A stretch of 33,973 nt of DNA from Saprospiraceae bacterium (GTDB taxonomy: Bacteria > Bacteroidota > Bacteroidia > Chitinophagales > Saprospiraceae). The position numbers and the translations under genes were made by a program. Location: NCBI GenBank assembly GCA_020528935.1, contig JAJDFU010000095.1, positions 1-33,973 of the forward strand, in the 5' to 3' direction. Below are positions 1 to 8,925 of this stretch, one piece after another (position 1 is the first letter of the stretch; every line of letters starts with the position of its first letter). The notes under the pieces are model-generated. The model ran no database searches. It had not been told where the DNA came from and saw only the letters and a list, made by a program, of their open reading frames with translations.

Positions 1-5
1 CAGAC

Positions 6-1442
6 ATGATCTTCGATTTGCCCAGGGATGAGAGCCCCATCATCAAACTGATCGGCGTGGGCGGCGGCGGCAGCAATGCCGTTACGCACATGTATCGGCA
101 GGGCATAGTAGGGGTAGATTTCGCCATTTGCAATACGGATGGGCAGGCCATGGAGCAGAGCCCGGTACCCACGCGCATCCAGCTGGGCCCCAACCTCACG
201 GAGGGCCGCGGTGCGGGCTCCAAACCCAATGTGGGCAAGCTGGCCTGTGAGGAATCCATAGAGGAAGTACGCAAGTATATGGAGAACAACTGCAAGATGA
301 TGTTCATCACGGCCGGCATGGGGGGCGGCACGGGTACCGGAGCTGCACCCATCATCGCCAAGGCCGCCCAGGAGATGGATATTCTCACTGTGGGCATCGT
401 CACCCTGCCGTTCTCTTTTGAGGGAAAACGCCGGTTGCGCCAGGCCATGGACGGACTCAACGAACTCAAGAAAAACGTGGATACGCTGATCGTGATCTCC
501 AACGATAAGCTGCGGCAGATCCACGGCAATCTTTCCCTTTCGGATGCCTTTGCCCAGGCAGACACTGTGCTCACTACGGCAGCCAAAGGCATTGCTGAGA
601 TCATCACCGTGCCCGGTTACGTCAACGTGGACTTTGAGGACGTCAATACCGTCATGCGGGAGAGCGGGGTGGCCATCATGGGCACCGCCACCGTCGAGGG
701 CGACGATCGGGCCAAGCGCGCGGTAGACGAAGCCCTGCACTCGCCCCTGCTGGAGGACAACGACATTCGCGGCGCCCAGCACATCCTGCTCAATATCAGC
801 TCGGGCACCCGGGAGGTGACCATGGACGAGATCTTTGAGATCACCGAGTTTGTACAGGAAGAGGCCGGGCACGGCACCGACCTCATCTGGGGCAACTGCT
901 TCGACGAGAACCTGGGCGATGCGATCAGCGTAACCGTGATCGCCACGGGCTTTGAAAAAAGCCGGAACAGCATCCTCCGCCCGGAAGAGAACCGGATCGT
1001 GGTGTCGCTGGATGAAGAGGAACGGCAGCCCGCCAAGCCCAAAGGTCCCGGACTGTCGGATATCGGCTTCCAGCAGAAGGAAGAGGCCGGGCAGACCTTC
1101 GAGTTTGAGGACATTCAGCCGCGAAAGTCGGTGCGGTCGGCCGATGCCGAGGAACCCTGGACGAACGAGGAGAAGAACGCTATAGAGGAGGCCAAACGCC
1201 GCCGCTACGAAGAAGAGCAACGCCGCAAGCAGCACCTGCAGAACAACGGCAAGCTCAAGCTCAACAACCCCAAAACGATCAACGAACTGGAAAGCGAGCC
1301 GGCTTACCTGCGCCGCGGCGTCAACCTGGACGCCCTGCCCGATGCCGAGGAGCCCTCGCTCTCCAAATGGACAATTTCCGATGAGGAGGAACCCACCCTG
1401 GAAGAAGGTGGAAATTCCTTCTTGCACGATAATGTGGATTGA
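6..1442 (+). CDS. ftsZ: Cell division GTPase FtsZ; the true start may lie upstream of the window
   Basis: N-terminal IKLIGVGGGGSNAV and the tubulin signature GGGTGTGAAP, followed by a long low-complexity acidic/basic C-terminal linker. The frame is still open at base 3, so the ATG at 6 may not be the real start. Stop is TGA at 1440-1442. Confidence 0.95.
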   Translation: MIFDLPRDESPIIKLIGVGGGGSNAVTHMYRQGIVGVDFAICNTDGQAMEQSPVPTRIQLGPNLTEGRGAGSKPNVGKLACEESIEEVRKYMENNCKMMFITAGMGGGTGTGAAPIIAKAAQEMDILTVGIVTLPFSFEGKRRLRQAMDGLNELKKNVDTLIVISNDKLRQIHGNLSLSDAFAQADTVLTTAAKGIAEIITVPGYVNVDFEDVNTVMRESGVAIMGTATVEGDDRAKRAVDEALHSPLLEDNDIRGAQHILLNISSGTREVTMDEIFEITEFVQEEAGHGTDLIWGNCFDENLGDAISVTVIATGFEKSRNSILRPEENRIVVSLDEEERQPAKPKGPGLSDIGFQQKEEAGQTFEFEDIQPRKSVRSADAEEPWTNEEKNAIEEAKRRRYEEEQRRKQHLQNNGKLKLNNPKTINELESEPAYLRRGVNLDALPDAEEPSLSKWTISDEEEPTLEEGGNSFLHDNVD

Positions 1443-1490
1443 TTCCTGGTGTCTGTAACCAGGCATTAGGTTGGTTGAGTCGGTAACTGG

Positions 1491-1533
1491 GATGGGGTTT
1501 GGTCCGCTGTGATTAAACCCCTATCCTTTTTTG
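1491..1533 (+). terminator. Rho-independent terminator downstream of ftsZ
   Basis: GGATGGGGTTT (1491-1501) pairs with AAACCCC(T)ATCC (1516-1527), giving an 11-bp stem with one bulged T. It is followed directly by TTTTTT (1528-1533), 49 nt after the ftsZ stop. Confidence 0.65.
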
Positions 1534-1937
1534 CCTTCCAACAGGTAGTGCATCAGCAAAACGGCTTGAATGCACATTAACAAAGCTTTAACCCGAAAAT
1601 TCACCGAATTTATCACTTCTAGGCTGCACAATTTCAAGACTCTGAAAATCAAACTTTTACGAATAATTCAGTCCCATTCTTTCGGCAACTATCCTACCCG
1701 CGTTCGGGTATACAGCCAGTTGCAAGGGTCAGGGCAATACGGACGATCCTTCGGATATCAGCATCGAAGATGCTTGTATAAGTGTTTGAAAATGAGCCTG
1801 TTTTAAGCCATTTGTCGTCGTTATTTACGGGTTTCCCTGAATAATTCGGGGTAATTCCTTGTTTACAACAAGAAGGGAAAAATCACAGTTAAATAGATTA
1901 AAGAAGCAAGTCGTATTCCCATAACACATCCAAGACC

Positions 1938-2210
1938 ATGAATAGCCGAAAGATTAAACTCGCACTCAGCGTGAGCCTGTTGAACGACTCTTCGGGCAAT
2001 GCGCTGCTGGCCGCCCAAGACCTGATGGCCAGCTTCAAAGACGAGGTGGGCGCTTTTCTGGGCCTGTCCCAGTTGAAGCGCGAACCCCTCAACGAAAGCC
2101 ATATCCGCGAGCGCTACGCCCTCAAGTACGAGCGCTGTACGCTGGATCTGGACCTGGTGAGCAATTCCATGACCAACAGCCGCCAGGTACAGCGCCTTCA
2201 ACTGCGATAA
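1938..2210 (+). CDS. Hypothetical small protein (90 aa), no family recognised
   Basis: ATG-initiated ORF with protein-like composition. A clear hairpin plus T-tract terminator lies 28 nt downstream on the same strand, which favours this ORF over the overlapping minus-strand ORF 1863..2201. Confidence 0.45.
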   Translation: MNSRKIKLALSVSLLNDSSGNALLAAQDLMASFKDEVGAFLGLSQLKREPLNESHIRERYALKYERCTLDLDLVSNSMTNSRQVQRLQLR

Positions 2211-2237
2211 CCTCTGTGAACCTATCCAATAATGGAA

Positions 2238-2268
2238 GGTCGCATCCCTGCGGGTTGCGGCCTTTTTT
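2238..2268 (+). terminator. Rho-independent terminator
   Basis: GGTCGCATCCC / TGC loop / GGGTTGCGGCC forms a GC-rich stem of about 10 bp with one mismatch and one G-U pair. It is followed by TTTTTT at 2263-2268. Confidence 0.6.
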
Positions 2269-2516
2269 CGTCGCTGAGGGGGCTTCGTTTAACCCGGAAA
2301 GTTCGCTGTATTTTCAGCCGCTTATCGTCATTATTCACGGAGACCCGTGCATAATCCGGGTCAATGCGATTTCAAGGGTAAAAGGCCACGAACGAATATG
2401 ACATTTTTCCTGGAAAACCGTATTCCATTCCCGCTTGCCGTTTACCTGCCGAAGGCATGGCAGGCAGGTTGCCCTAAAAACCGGATAGGGCCAAACGTCC
2501 GGGCTTGAATTCCTGC

Positions 2517-2524
2517 TATATTTG
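2517..2524 (+). promoter_or_regulatory. Candidate Bacteroidota -7 promoter box (TATATTTG)
   Basis: Exact match to the TAnnTTTG -7 consensus of Bacteroidota primary-sigma promoters. It ends 8 nt before the ATG at 2533. No well-spaced -33 TTG was seen. Confidence 0.3.
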
Positions 2525-2532
2525 CTGATCCG

Positions 2533-4134
2533 ATGATGCGCATTAAAAAGATCGACGGCTGGCTATTTCGAAGCTTCATTCCGCCCTTTATCGTCACCTT
2601 TATGATCGCCACTTTTGTGCTGCTCATGCAGATCCTGTGGCTGTACATAGACGATCTGGCCGGCAAGGGGCTCAATATTTTCCTGGTGGTAGAACTGCTG
2701 GCCTACAAGTGTGTATCTCTGGTACCGCTCGCTTTGCCGCTGGCCATCCTCATCTCTTCCCTCATGGTGCTGGGCAATCTGGCTGAACGTTACGAGCTGT
2801 CCAGCCTCAAGTCGGCGGGCATCCCCCTTTTGCGCATCATGCGTCCCATACTTTTTTTCGGGCTGGGCGCCCTGGTCCTTTCCTACATGTGTTCCAACTA
2901 CTTCATACCGGTTGCCAACCTGAAATTCGGCTCGCGCATGTGGGATATCCAGCGCCAAAAACCCACGCTGAGCCTGGATGCCAAGGTGTTCAACTACGAC
3001 TTCGACGGCTTTGTCATCCACATCGGCGAAAAGGGTAAAGACGGACGCCGGATCGAGAACGTACTCATCTACGACCACTCCGGCTCTGCCCAGGAAGGGG
3101 TGAGCGAGATCACGGCCCGGGAGGGGGAGATGTTTTCGGCCGAAAACGGGAAGTACTTCGTCATGCGCCTGCTGGATGGGCATCAATACATGGAGGCCCA
3201 GCCCTCCGGAAAAGGGACCTTTCCCTTTATTCGGACCTCCTTCGGGGAGTGGGTAAAGGTGTTTGATCTGTCCGAATTTCAGCTGACGCGCACCGATGAG
3301 GAGCTGTTCAAGTCCAACCGGACCATGCTATCCAGCGGTCAGTTGCGCGAAGCCATGGATTCCATCGAGATGAAGATCGAACAGCGCCGGGAAGGCGTGG
3401 TCAAATACCTGAGGAATTTTTACGCCCCGGTGCGCAGTGAAGAACAGCAGCTTCCCATTCAGCGGATGAAGAGCAAAGCAGTTGAATCCGCCGGCGCAAA
3501 AGTCGCGGAGCGCCTCGATACCCTCCCCAAACAAGAGGAAGCCCCCATGCAGGAAGGCATGGGGCCGCCCGACCGCTCCTATGAAGCACGGGCGTATGAG
3601 CTGCCGGATTCCGTTTCTTCGTTTGATCAGCTCCTGGCCGGGCTGCCCCGATACCGCAGAAAAAGCTATATCAACAAGGCGCAGACCTTTGCCCGCAGCA
3701 TCCTCAACCAGACCCAGTCGGCCAATCGAACGATCGCCGACCTGGCCGAATCCCATGTGAAGCACGAGTACGACATGCACATGAAATACAGCATGGCCGT
3801 GATCTGCATCCTCTTTGTGCTGATCGGGGCTCCCATGGGGGCCATCATCCGCAAAGGGGGGTTCGGTTACCCCATATTGGTCGCCATCCTGTTTTTCATG
3901 CTGTTTATCATTCTCACGATCTTTTGCCGGAAAATTGCCGAATCCTTTATCGTTCCGGCCTGGCTGGCGGCCTGGATCCCCTGCATGATCTTTCTGCCGT
4001 TGGGGCTTCGGCTTACCTTCAAAGCTATGAACGATTCCAAGCTGCTGGATGTAGATCGCTACCTGGCGCCTTTGCGCCGATTTTTACAAAAGCGGAAAAA
4101 GAAGAAAGACCATGCGGCAACTGTGGTGGGCTAA
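2533..4134 (+). CDS. LptF/LptG-family (YjgP/YjgQ) permease
   Basis: N-terminal KKIDGWLFRSFIPPFIVTF...LLMQILWLYIDDL and LSSLKSAGIPLLRIMRPI are typical of YjgP/YjgQ permeases. There is a large central extracytoplasmic insert, and C-terminal TM helices with GAPMGAIIRKGG. Confidence 0.85.
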   Translation: MMRIKKIDGWLFRSFIPPFIVTFMIATFVLLMQILWLYIDDLAGKGLNIFLVVELLAYKCVSLVPLALPLAILISSLMVLGNLAERYELSSLKSAGIPLLRIMRPILFFGLGALVLSYMCSNYFIPVANLKFGSRMWDIQRQKPTLSLDAKVFNYDFDGFVIHIGEKGKDGRRIENVLIYDHSGSAQEGVSEITAREGEMFSAENGKYFVMRLLDGHQYMEAQPSGKGTFPFIRTSFGEWVKVFDLSEFQLTRTDEELFKSNRTMLSSGQLREAMDSIEMKIEQRREGVVKYLRNFYAPVRSEEQQLPIQRMKSKAVESAGAKVAERLDTLPKQEEAPMQEGMGPPDRSYEARAYELPDSVSSFDQLLAGLPRYRRKSYINKAQTFARSILNQTQSANRTIADLAESHVKHEYDMHMKYSMAVICILFVLIGAPMGAIIRKGGFGYPILVAILFFMLFIILTIFCRKIAESFIVPAWLAAWIPCMIFLPLGLRLTFKAMNDSKLLDVDRYLAPLRRFLQKRKKKKDHAATVVG

Positions 4135-4792
4135 TCGCCTCTTTTTCAGTTTGATCGTCATTTTCATACTCTTGGCATCGGCCGGGCTGGCCGTATGGGA
4201 ACACGGAGAGGCCATTTTGCTGTTCAGCGGACATCGCAGTCCGTTCTGGAACGAGTTCTTTCGCGTGGCCAATACCTTTGGCGAAGAGCCCGCTTTCGTG
4301 CTGGCCTTTCTTTTTCTCCTTTTTGTGGGGTATCGCTATGCCGCGGGTGTGCCCCTGCTGGCCGGGGCAGCCACCCTGCTGGCTTTTGGCGCCAAAAGCT
4401 TGTTTGGCAGGCCTCGGCCCATGGCGTACTTCCGGGAAGTTGACCGCTGGCACGAAGTGGTTCCCGTGGAGGGCGTCGCTGTGCACAGCGGGCTGAATAG
4501 CTTTCCCTCTGGACATACCCTGGCGGCCTTTGCGCTGTTCACCTATCTGGCCCTGGTCGTTCCCCGAAAGCAGGGCACTGCGCTGCTGTTCTTTCTCCTC
4601 GCCTTGAGCGGCGGCCTGGCGCGCATTTATCTGGTCCAGCACTTCCTGGAAGACGTACTGGCCGGCGCCGTACTGGGCGTTTTGCTGGGCTTGGCGGCCT
4701 ATCTCCTGCTCCGGCCCACTGCAGGGCGGAAGAGCTGGTGGGACGGCAGCCTCGGCCAGTGGAACCTATCGGCATTCAAATCCAAGGCATGA
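4112..4792 (+). CDS. PAP2-family phosphatase (phosphatidic acid / undecaprenyl-PP phosphatase type)
   Basis: The three PAP2 motifs are present: KSLFGRPRP, PSGH and ARIYLVQHFLEDV. It is a polytopic membrane protein and overlaps the upstream permease gene by 23 nt. Confidence 0.8.
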   Translation: MRQLWWANRLFFSLIVIFILLASAGLAVWEHGEAILLFSGHRSPFWNEFFRVANTFGEEPAFVLAFLFLLFVGYRYAAGVPLLAGAATLLAFGAKSLFGRPRPMAYFREVDRWHEVVPVEGVAVHSGLNSFPSGHTLAAFALFTYLALVVPRKQGTALLFFLLALSGGLARIYLVQHFLEDVLAGAVLGVLLGLAAYLLLRPTAGRKSWWDGSLGQWNLSAFKSKA

Positions 4793-5343
4793 AGCCGCTC
4801 GTCCCGGACATCCGAACCGAGCGCCTGTTGCTGCGCGAGCTCAATCCGGGGCTGTCGGATTGGCTTTTTCATCAGGCAGATCCCGAGGAGCAGCAGCGCT
4901 TTTTCGGCTGTGCGTCCAGGGAGGCCCTGCACGGACAAGTCCGGCGTTTTCGCGACAGCCTGGTCAGTAATGCCCGCTTTTCCTTTCGCCATTGGCTTTT
5001 GGTACAGGCTGAAGACGGAACCGTGATCGGCGATGCGGGGTATCACACCTGGCACATACAGCATGCACGCGCCGAATTGGGCTATGGGCTGCGCAGCGAG
5101 GAATGGGGGGGGCGTGGATTCATGAGTGAGGCGTTGGAACGCATCCTCCAGCTGGGTTTCGGCGACATGGATCTGTACCGGGTAGAAGCTTTTGTGAGCC
5201 CCTACAACCGGCCTTCCCTGGCCATTCTACACCGCCTGGGTTTCGAACGGGAGGGCTGCCTGCGCGGGCACTTCCGGGCCAATGGGCGCCAAAACGACGC
5301 CTGGTGCTATGCCCTGCTTCGGCCCCAGTGGGCATCCAGGTGA
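4789..5343 (+). CDS. GNAT-family N-acetyltransferase (RimJ/RimL-like)
   Basis: TERLLLREL near the N-terminus and the GRGFMSEALERIL...GFEREG core are typical of RimJ/L-type GNATs. The start is set at ATG 4789, which forms an ATGA overlap with the PAP2 stop. The track ORF begins at 4738, inside the PAP2 gene. Confidence 0.8.
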   Translation: MKPLVPDIRTERLLLRELNPGLSDWLFHQADPEEQQRFFGCASREALHGQVRRFRDSLVSNARFSFRHWLLVQAEDGTVIGDAGYHTWHIQHARAELGYGLRSEEWGGRGFMSEALERILQLGFGDMDLYRVEAFVSPYNRPSLAILHRLGFEREGCLRGHFRANGRQNDAWCYALLRPQWASR

Positions 5344-5391
5344 GCATGGGCCTTCCGGCAACGGCCGTGCTCTGTTCGGGCGGAAACGCCC

Positions 5392-6915
5392 TTACTTCAC
5401 CGTTTCGATCTCGCCGGTTCGGATCTTTTGGATGTACTTCCGGAGTTCTTTGCGCACATCGGGCAGCAAGAAGAGCAGACCGATCATATTGGGCACGACC
5501 ATGGCGAAGATCATAGCATCCGAAAAACCGATGACCGCATCCAGGCTGGCGGCGCTGCCTACAATGATAAACAGGCAAAAGAGGATCTTATACACGGTAT
5601 CTGTGACCTTACTGCGGCCAAAAAGGTACATCCAGCTCTGCAGGCCGTAGTACGACCAGGAAAGCATGGTCGAGAAGGCGAAGAGCACTACGGCTATGGT
5701 GAGCACATAGGGGAACCAGGGAATGACGTCGGCAAAGGCGGCGGAGGTGAGGTCCACCCCGCTGATGGAGCCATCGGTCTGGTAGTTGCCGGTTATTGTT
5801 GTACCCCTGCCGGTCTGCTTGCAACGCGTCTGGTGTTCAATGAAGGGTGCCAATAGGCCATCCAGGCCCGACATGGCCTGGGTCTCGGGTTGGACGGCCG
5901 AGGGCGCGATGGCGGCAGATCACAGCCCGGCCTCATGCGACAAGGCCGCCCGCCGAAAGCCCTTGACCAGCACCCCGACGATGCCGCCGGCTATGCCCTG
6001 CCCGGTAAAGGCGCCGTTGAAAATCTTTCCGAAGGCATCGGGCACCTGGCCCAGATTGGCGAAAATGATGACCAGGGCAGCTAGCACATACACCCCGCAC
6101 ATGAAAGGGACGACCCGTTCGGTCACCAGGCCGATGCGCTTGATGCCGCCGATGATGACCAGAGCGACCATTACGGCCAGAATAAGGCCGAAGATCAGCC
6201 CGGAACTTCCCCCCTGGATATTGAACATGTCAATGAATTGCTGGGCAGCCTGATTGGCCTGAAACATATTGCCGCCCCCGAAACTGCCTCCAATACACAT
6301 GATGGCGAAAAGTACGGCCAGGATCCGCCCCAGCCCGGCATAGCCCTTTCCGGCCAGGCCGCGGGAAAGGTAGTACATGGGGCCGCCGTACACCGTGCCG
6401 TCCGGGCCGATATCGCGGTACTTTACTCCGAGGGTGCATTCGGTGAACTTGGAGGCCATACCGAGCAGCCCGGCGGTGACCATCCAAAAGGTAGCGCCGG
6501 GCCCGCCCAGGGAGATGGCCACGGCCACCCCGGCGATATTGCCCAGCCCCACCGTGCCGCTCAGCGCCGCGGTGAGTGCCTGAAAGTGGGATACCTCGCC
6601 GCTTTCATTGGGATCCGAATACTTGCCCCGCACCGTATCGATCGCGAGCTTGAAATTCCGGAATTGCACAAACCCGAAATACAGGGTGAAAAACGTGGCG
6701 CCCAAGAGCAGCACAATAACGACGATCGGCAGGGCAGTGGCGTCGGTTTCTCCAAAGTTGATGGGGTAAAAAACGATCTTTTCCACCATTTCGGTGATGG
6801 GCTGAACCGTTTCGTTAATGCGCTGGTCCAATCCTTTGGGTTCTTCGTTTTGGGCCAGGCCCAGGAGGGGAAGGAGGCCGGCCATAAAGGTACCCAACAG
6901 ACGACGATTGATCAT
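5392..6915 (-). pseudogene. Alanine/glycine:cation symporter (AGCS family) interrupted by a single in-frame TGA
   Basis: Track ORFs 5920..7191(-) and 5392..5874(-) are in the same frame. Translating across the gap gives ...RRAALSHEAGL*SAAIAPSAVQPETQAMSGLDGLLAPFIE..., which matches the conserved AGCS block SNEAG-L-G-SAAIAH with TGA (5920-5922) in place of Gly. Other family motifs are FQALTAALSGTVGLGNIAGVA and GGPGATFWM. The start is set at MINRRLL (ATG 6913-6915). Confidence 0.85.
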
Positions 6916-7147
6916 GCTCGCTTGCTTTCGGAGTGTAGGGAATAGAAAACCCGAGGTGAAGGCGGGGCCAACTCCGGCTATGCCAAGCCCGTCGAGATGG
7001 CCCAGAAGCCAGATCCGGAGGGCGTGATCAGCCCGGCGATCACCGGGCGCCACACTGGCCGAAGATCGACGATCACAATCCACTTCGACCTCGGTAAAAT
7101 GGACGTTAAGGTATTTTTTTATTTTTACTTGGTCAAAGAAAGCGAAA

Positions 7148-7155
7148 TAATTTTG
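7148..7155 (+). promoter_or_regulatory. Candidate -7 promoter box (TAATTTTG) upstream of the ECF sigma gene
   Basis: Exact TAnnTTTG match in an AT-rich stretch, 51 nt upstream of ATG 7207. A TTG lies at 7129-7131 with a 16-nt spacer. Confidence 0.3.
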
Positions 7156-7206
7156 GAGCCGGTCGCCGAGGCCATTCCCCGATCCGCCCATCGCTCAGAA
7201 TGCTAC

Positions 7207-7758
7207 ATGCCGAGCCAGCCTCCTACAGATGATGAACTCCTTGCATTGTTGCAGCGCGCTCCGGAGCAGGGCATCGACCTCCTGTTTCGCAAGCACTATG
7301 CCTGGCTCTGCCAGCGCATTATCCGGCTGGTCAAAGAACCCGCATTGGCCGAAGACCTCGCCCAGGACGTGTTCCTCGAGCTCTGGAAGAAGCGCGAGCA
7401 ACTGCGCATACAGGCATCGATTCCGGCTTACCTGGCACGAGCCGGCCGGAACAAGGCGCTCAACTATCTGCGCGACCACCGCATGGATCAGCAAAGGGAA
7501 GAGCTCACCGACGAACGCTGGCTGGTTGAGGCCCAGGCGGTAGCACAGCTTCAGGCCAGGGATCTTCAGGACCGCGTGGATGCCCTGTTGGACAGCCTGC
7601 CGGATCGGTGCCGGCTGGTTTTTGTGCTCAGCCGTTTCGAAGACCTCAGCAACAGGGAGATCGCACAGCAATTGGGCATAGCGGAAAAAACCGTGGAAAA
7701 CCAGATGAATAAGGCCCTGCGCTTGATGCGGGCCGGGCTCGATTCGTATTTTTCATGA
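7207..7758 (+). CDS. ECF-type RNA polymerase sigma-70 family factor
   Basis: Region 2 (LAEDLAQDVFLELWKKRE) and region 4 (LPDRCRLVFVLSRFEDLSNREIAQQLGIAEKTVENQMNKAL) are present. The 183-aa length is typical and a FecR gene follows. The start is set at MPSQPP; the longer track ORF from 6997 has a non-protein-like extension. Confidence 0.9.
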   Translation: MPSQPPTDDELLALLQRAPEQGIDLLFRKHYAWLCQRIIRLVKEPALAEDLAQDVFLELWKKREQLRIQASIPAYLARAGRNKALNYLRDHRMDQQREELTDERWLVEAQAVAQLQARDLQDRVDALLDSLPDRCRLVFVLSRFEDLSNREIAQQLGIAEKTVENQMNKALRLMRAGLDSYFS

Positions 7759-7931
7759 GTCAGGTGGCTGACAGATCGCAGTTTACATCTTTTTGGCCTG
7801 GGGGGTAATGCCTTGCTTTGTGTCTCAAGAACAAGCGAGACGCCCCCCTGGAGGCACGAGCTTCGGATTGGGACTCAAAAAATCAAATGCGGGCAGCTTC
7901 GGCTCGCCCTAATCGAAACGCTCCAGTTGGC

Positions 7932-8780
7932 ATGGATCCATTTGGAAAATATATTTCCGGCTATAAAAGCGCTTACCAGCCCCAGGTAGACAGGGGGCTG
8001 CAACGACTGCACGAAAAGATGGGCCGTACCCCATCCGAACCCCGCAGAGCCTCCTCCCGCTTGTGGTGGATGGGGGTGATCGCAGTGCTTATACTGGCGC
8101 TGTTGGCCTGGTTTTTCTGGCTGCGCGACGGCACCCAGATCCACGCCACTCAAGAAGGGGAAACCCTTCCCCTGGTATTGGAGGAAGGCCTGGAGGTCGT
8201 ACTCAACGAAAGCAGCAGCCTGGAGTTTTTTCCCGCCGAAGACCGGCTTCTTCTCCATGGAGAGGCCTACTTCCGCATTGAACCCCGGCCTGCGCGCCCT
8301 TTGCTGATAGAGACTCCGCATACCCAGGTGCAGGTGCTGGGCACCGCTTTCAATTTACGCGCTCGATCCCGCGAGCTGTTCACCGAGGTGGAAATGGAGC
8401 ACGGCAGCGTAGTATTCGTAGATAAAAACAGTCGCGACAGCACGGTACTGAATGCGCTGCAGCGCGGGCGCTGCTGGAAAGACGGCAAGGGCATGACCGT
8501 GGAACCCGCTTCGCACGGCAGTGCGCATTACTGGCGCACCGGCCAGGCCCGCTTTCTGCATCAACCCCTGCAGCTTGTACTCCGGGAAATGGAGCGCCAT
8601 TACGACCTGGAAGTAGAAGCGGCCGATCATCTGTTGAATTGCCCGGTAACTATTACCTTTTCGGGGTCCCGGTCTTCAGACATCCTCCGGATCCTGGAGC
8701 GCATCCTGGATGCGGAAGCTACGCCTGCGGGTACGAAGGGATACCTGCTTCGGGGAGGAGCGTGTCCGCGGGAAGAGTAA
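7932..8780 (+). CDS. FecR-family anti-sigma / transmembrane sensor
   Basis: There is a single TM helix (WWMGVIAVLILALLAWFFWL), the periplasmic FecR core (GEAYFRIE...VQVLGTAFNL...GSV) and a C-terminal DUF4974-like segment (LQLVLREMERHYDLEV). The gene sits between an ECF sigma and an STN-domain receptor. The start is ambiguous; ATG 7887 is an alternative. Confidence 0.8.
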   Translation: MDPFGKYISGYKSAYQPQVDRGLQRLHEKMGRTPSEPRRASSRLWWMGVIAVLILALLAWFFWLRDGTQIHATQEGETLPLVLEEGLEVVLNESSSLEFFPAEDRLLLHGEAYFRIEPRPARPLLIETPHTQVQVLGTAFNLRARSRELFTEVEMEHGSVVFVDKNSRDSTVLNALQRGRCWKDGKGMTVEPASHGSAHYWRTGQARFLHQPLQLVLREMERHYDLEVEAADHLLNCPVTITFSGSRSSDILRILERILDAEATPAGTKGYLLRGGACPREE

Positions 8781-8925
8781 ATTTTCCGCATTTCTTCGAC
8801 CGTTGGTATGTGCCCCACCGGAAGAGAACGCACATTTTCGTAGCTTTCCATGGGAGATCGTCGAACCCCGGCTTCCAATAGCCCACTCCACCTAAAACCC
8901 GCAAAGCCATCTATGCCAGATCGTT

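Noticed and set aside
1570-1806. A 78-aa ORF in the spacer after ftsZ.
   Set aside because: It lies in AT-rich sequence, its translation is not protein-like (KLLRIIQSHSFGNYPTRVRVY...), and it overlaps the short hairpins.
2216-2401. A 61-aa GTG-initiated ORF.
   Set aside because: It runs straight through the intrinsic terminator at 2238-2268, so it is very unlikely to be translated.
4789-5343. The RimJ/L-like GNAT as the missing PseH.
   Set aside because: It lies about 15 kb from the pse operon and is translationally coupled to PAP2 and lptF/G-like genes. It cannot be excluded without a search, so it is listed as the refutation route for the pseH-less finding.
5378-5391. A GGGCG-GAAA-CGCCC mini-hairpin between the convergent GNAT and symporter genes, considered as a bidirectional terminator.
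   Set aside because: The stem is only 5 bp and there is no flanking T/A tract, which is too weak to call.
5920-5922. The in-frame TGA in the symporter read as recoding, either glycine as in genetic code 25 or selenocysteine.
   Set aside because: Many well-defined genes in this window terminate at TGA, including ftsZ, PAP2, pseB, pseG and GT4, so TGA is a normal stop here. I saw no SECIS-like context, and a conserved Gly is not a Sec position.
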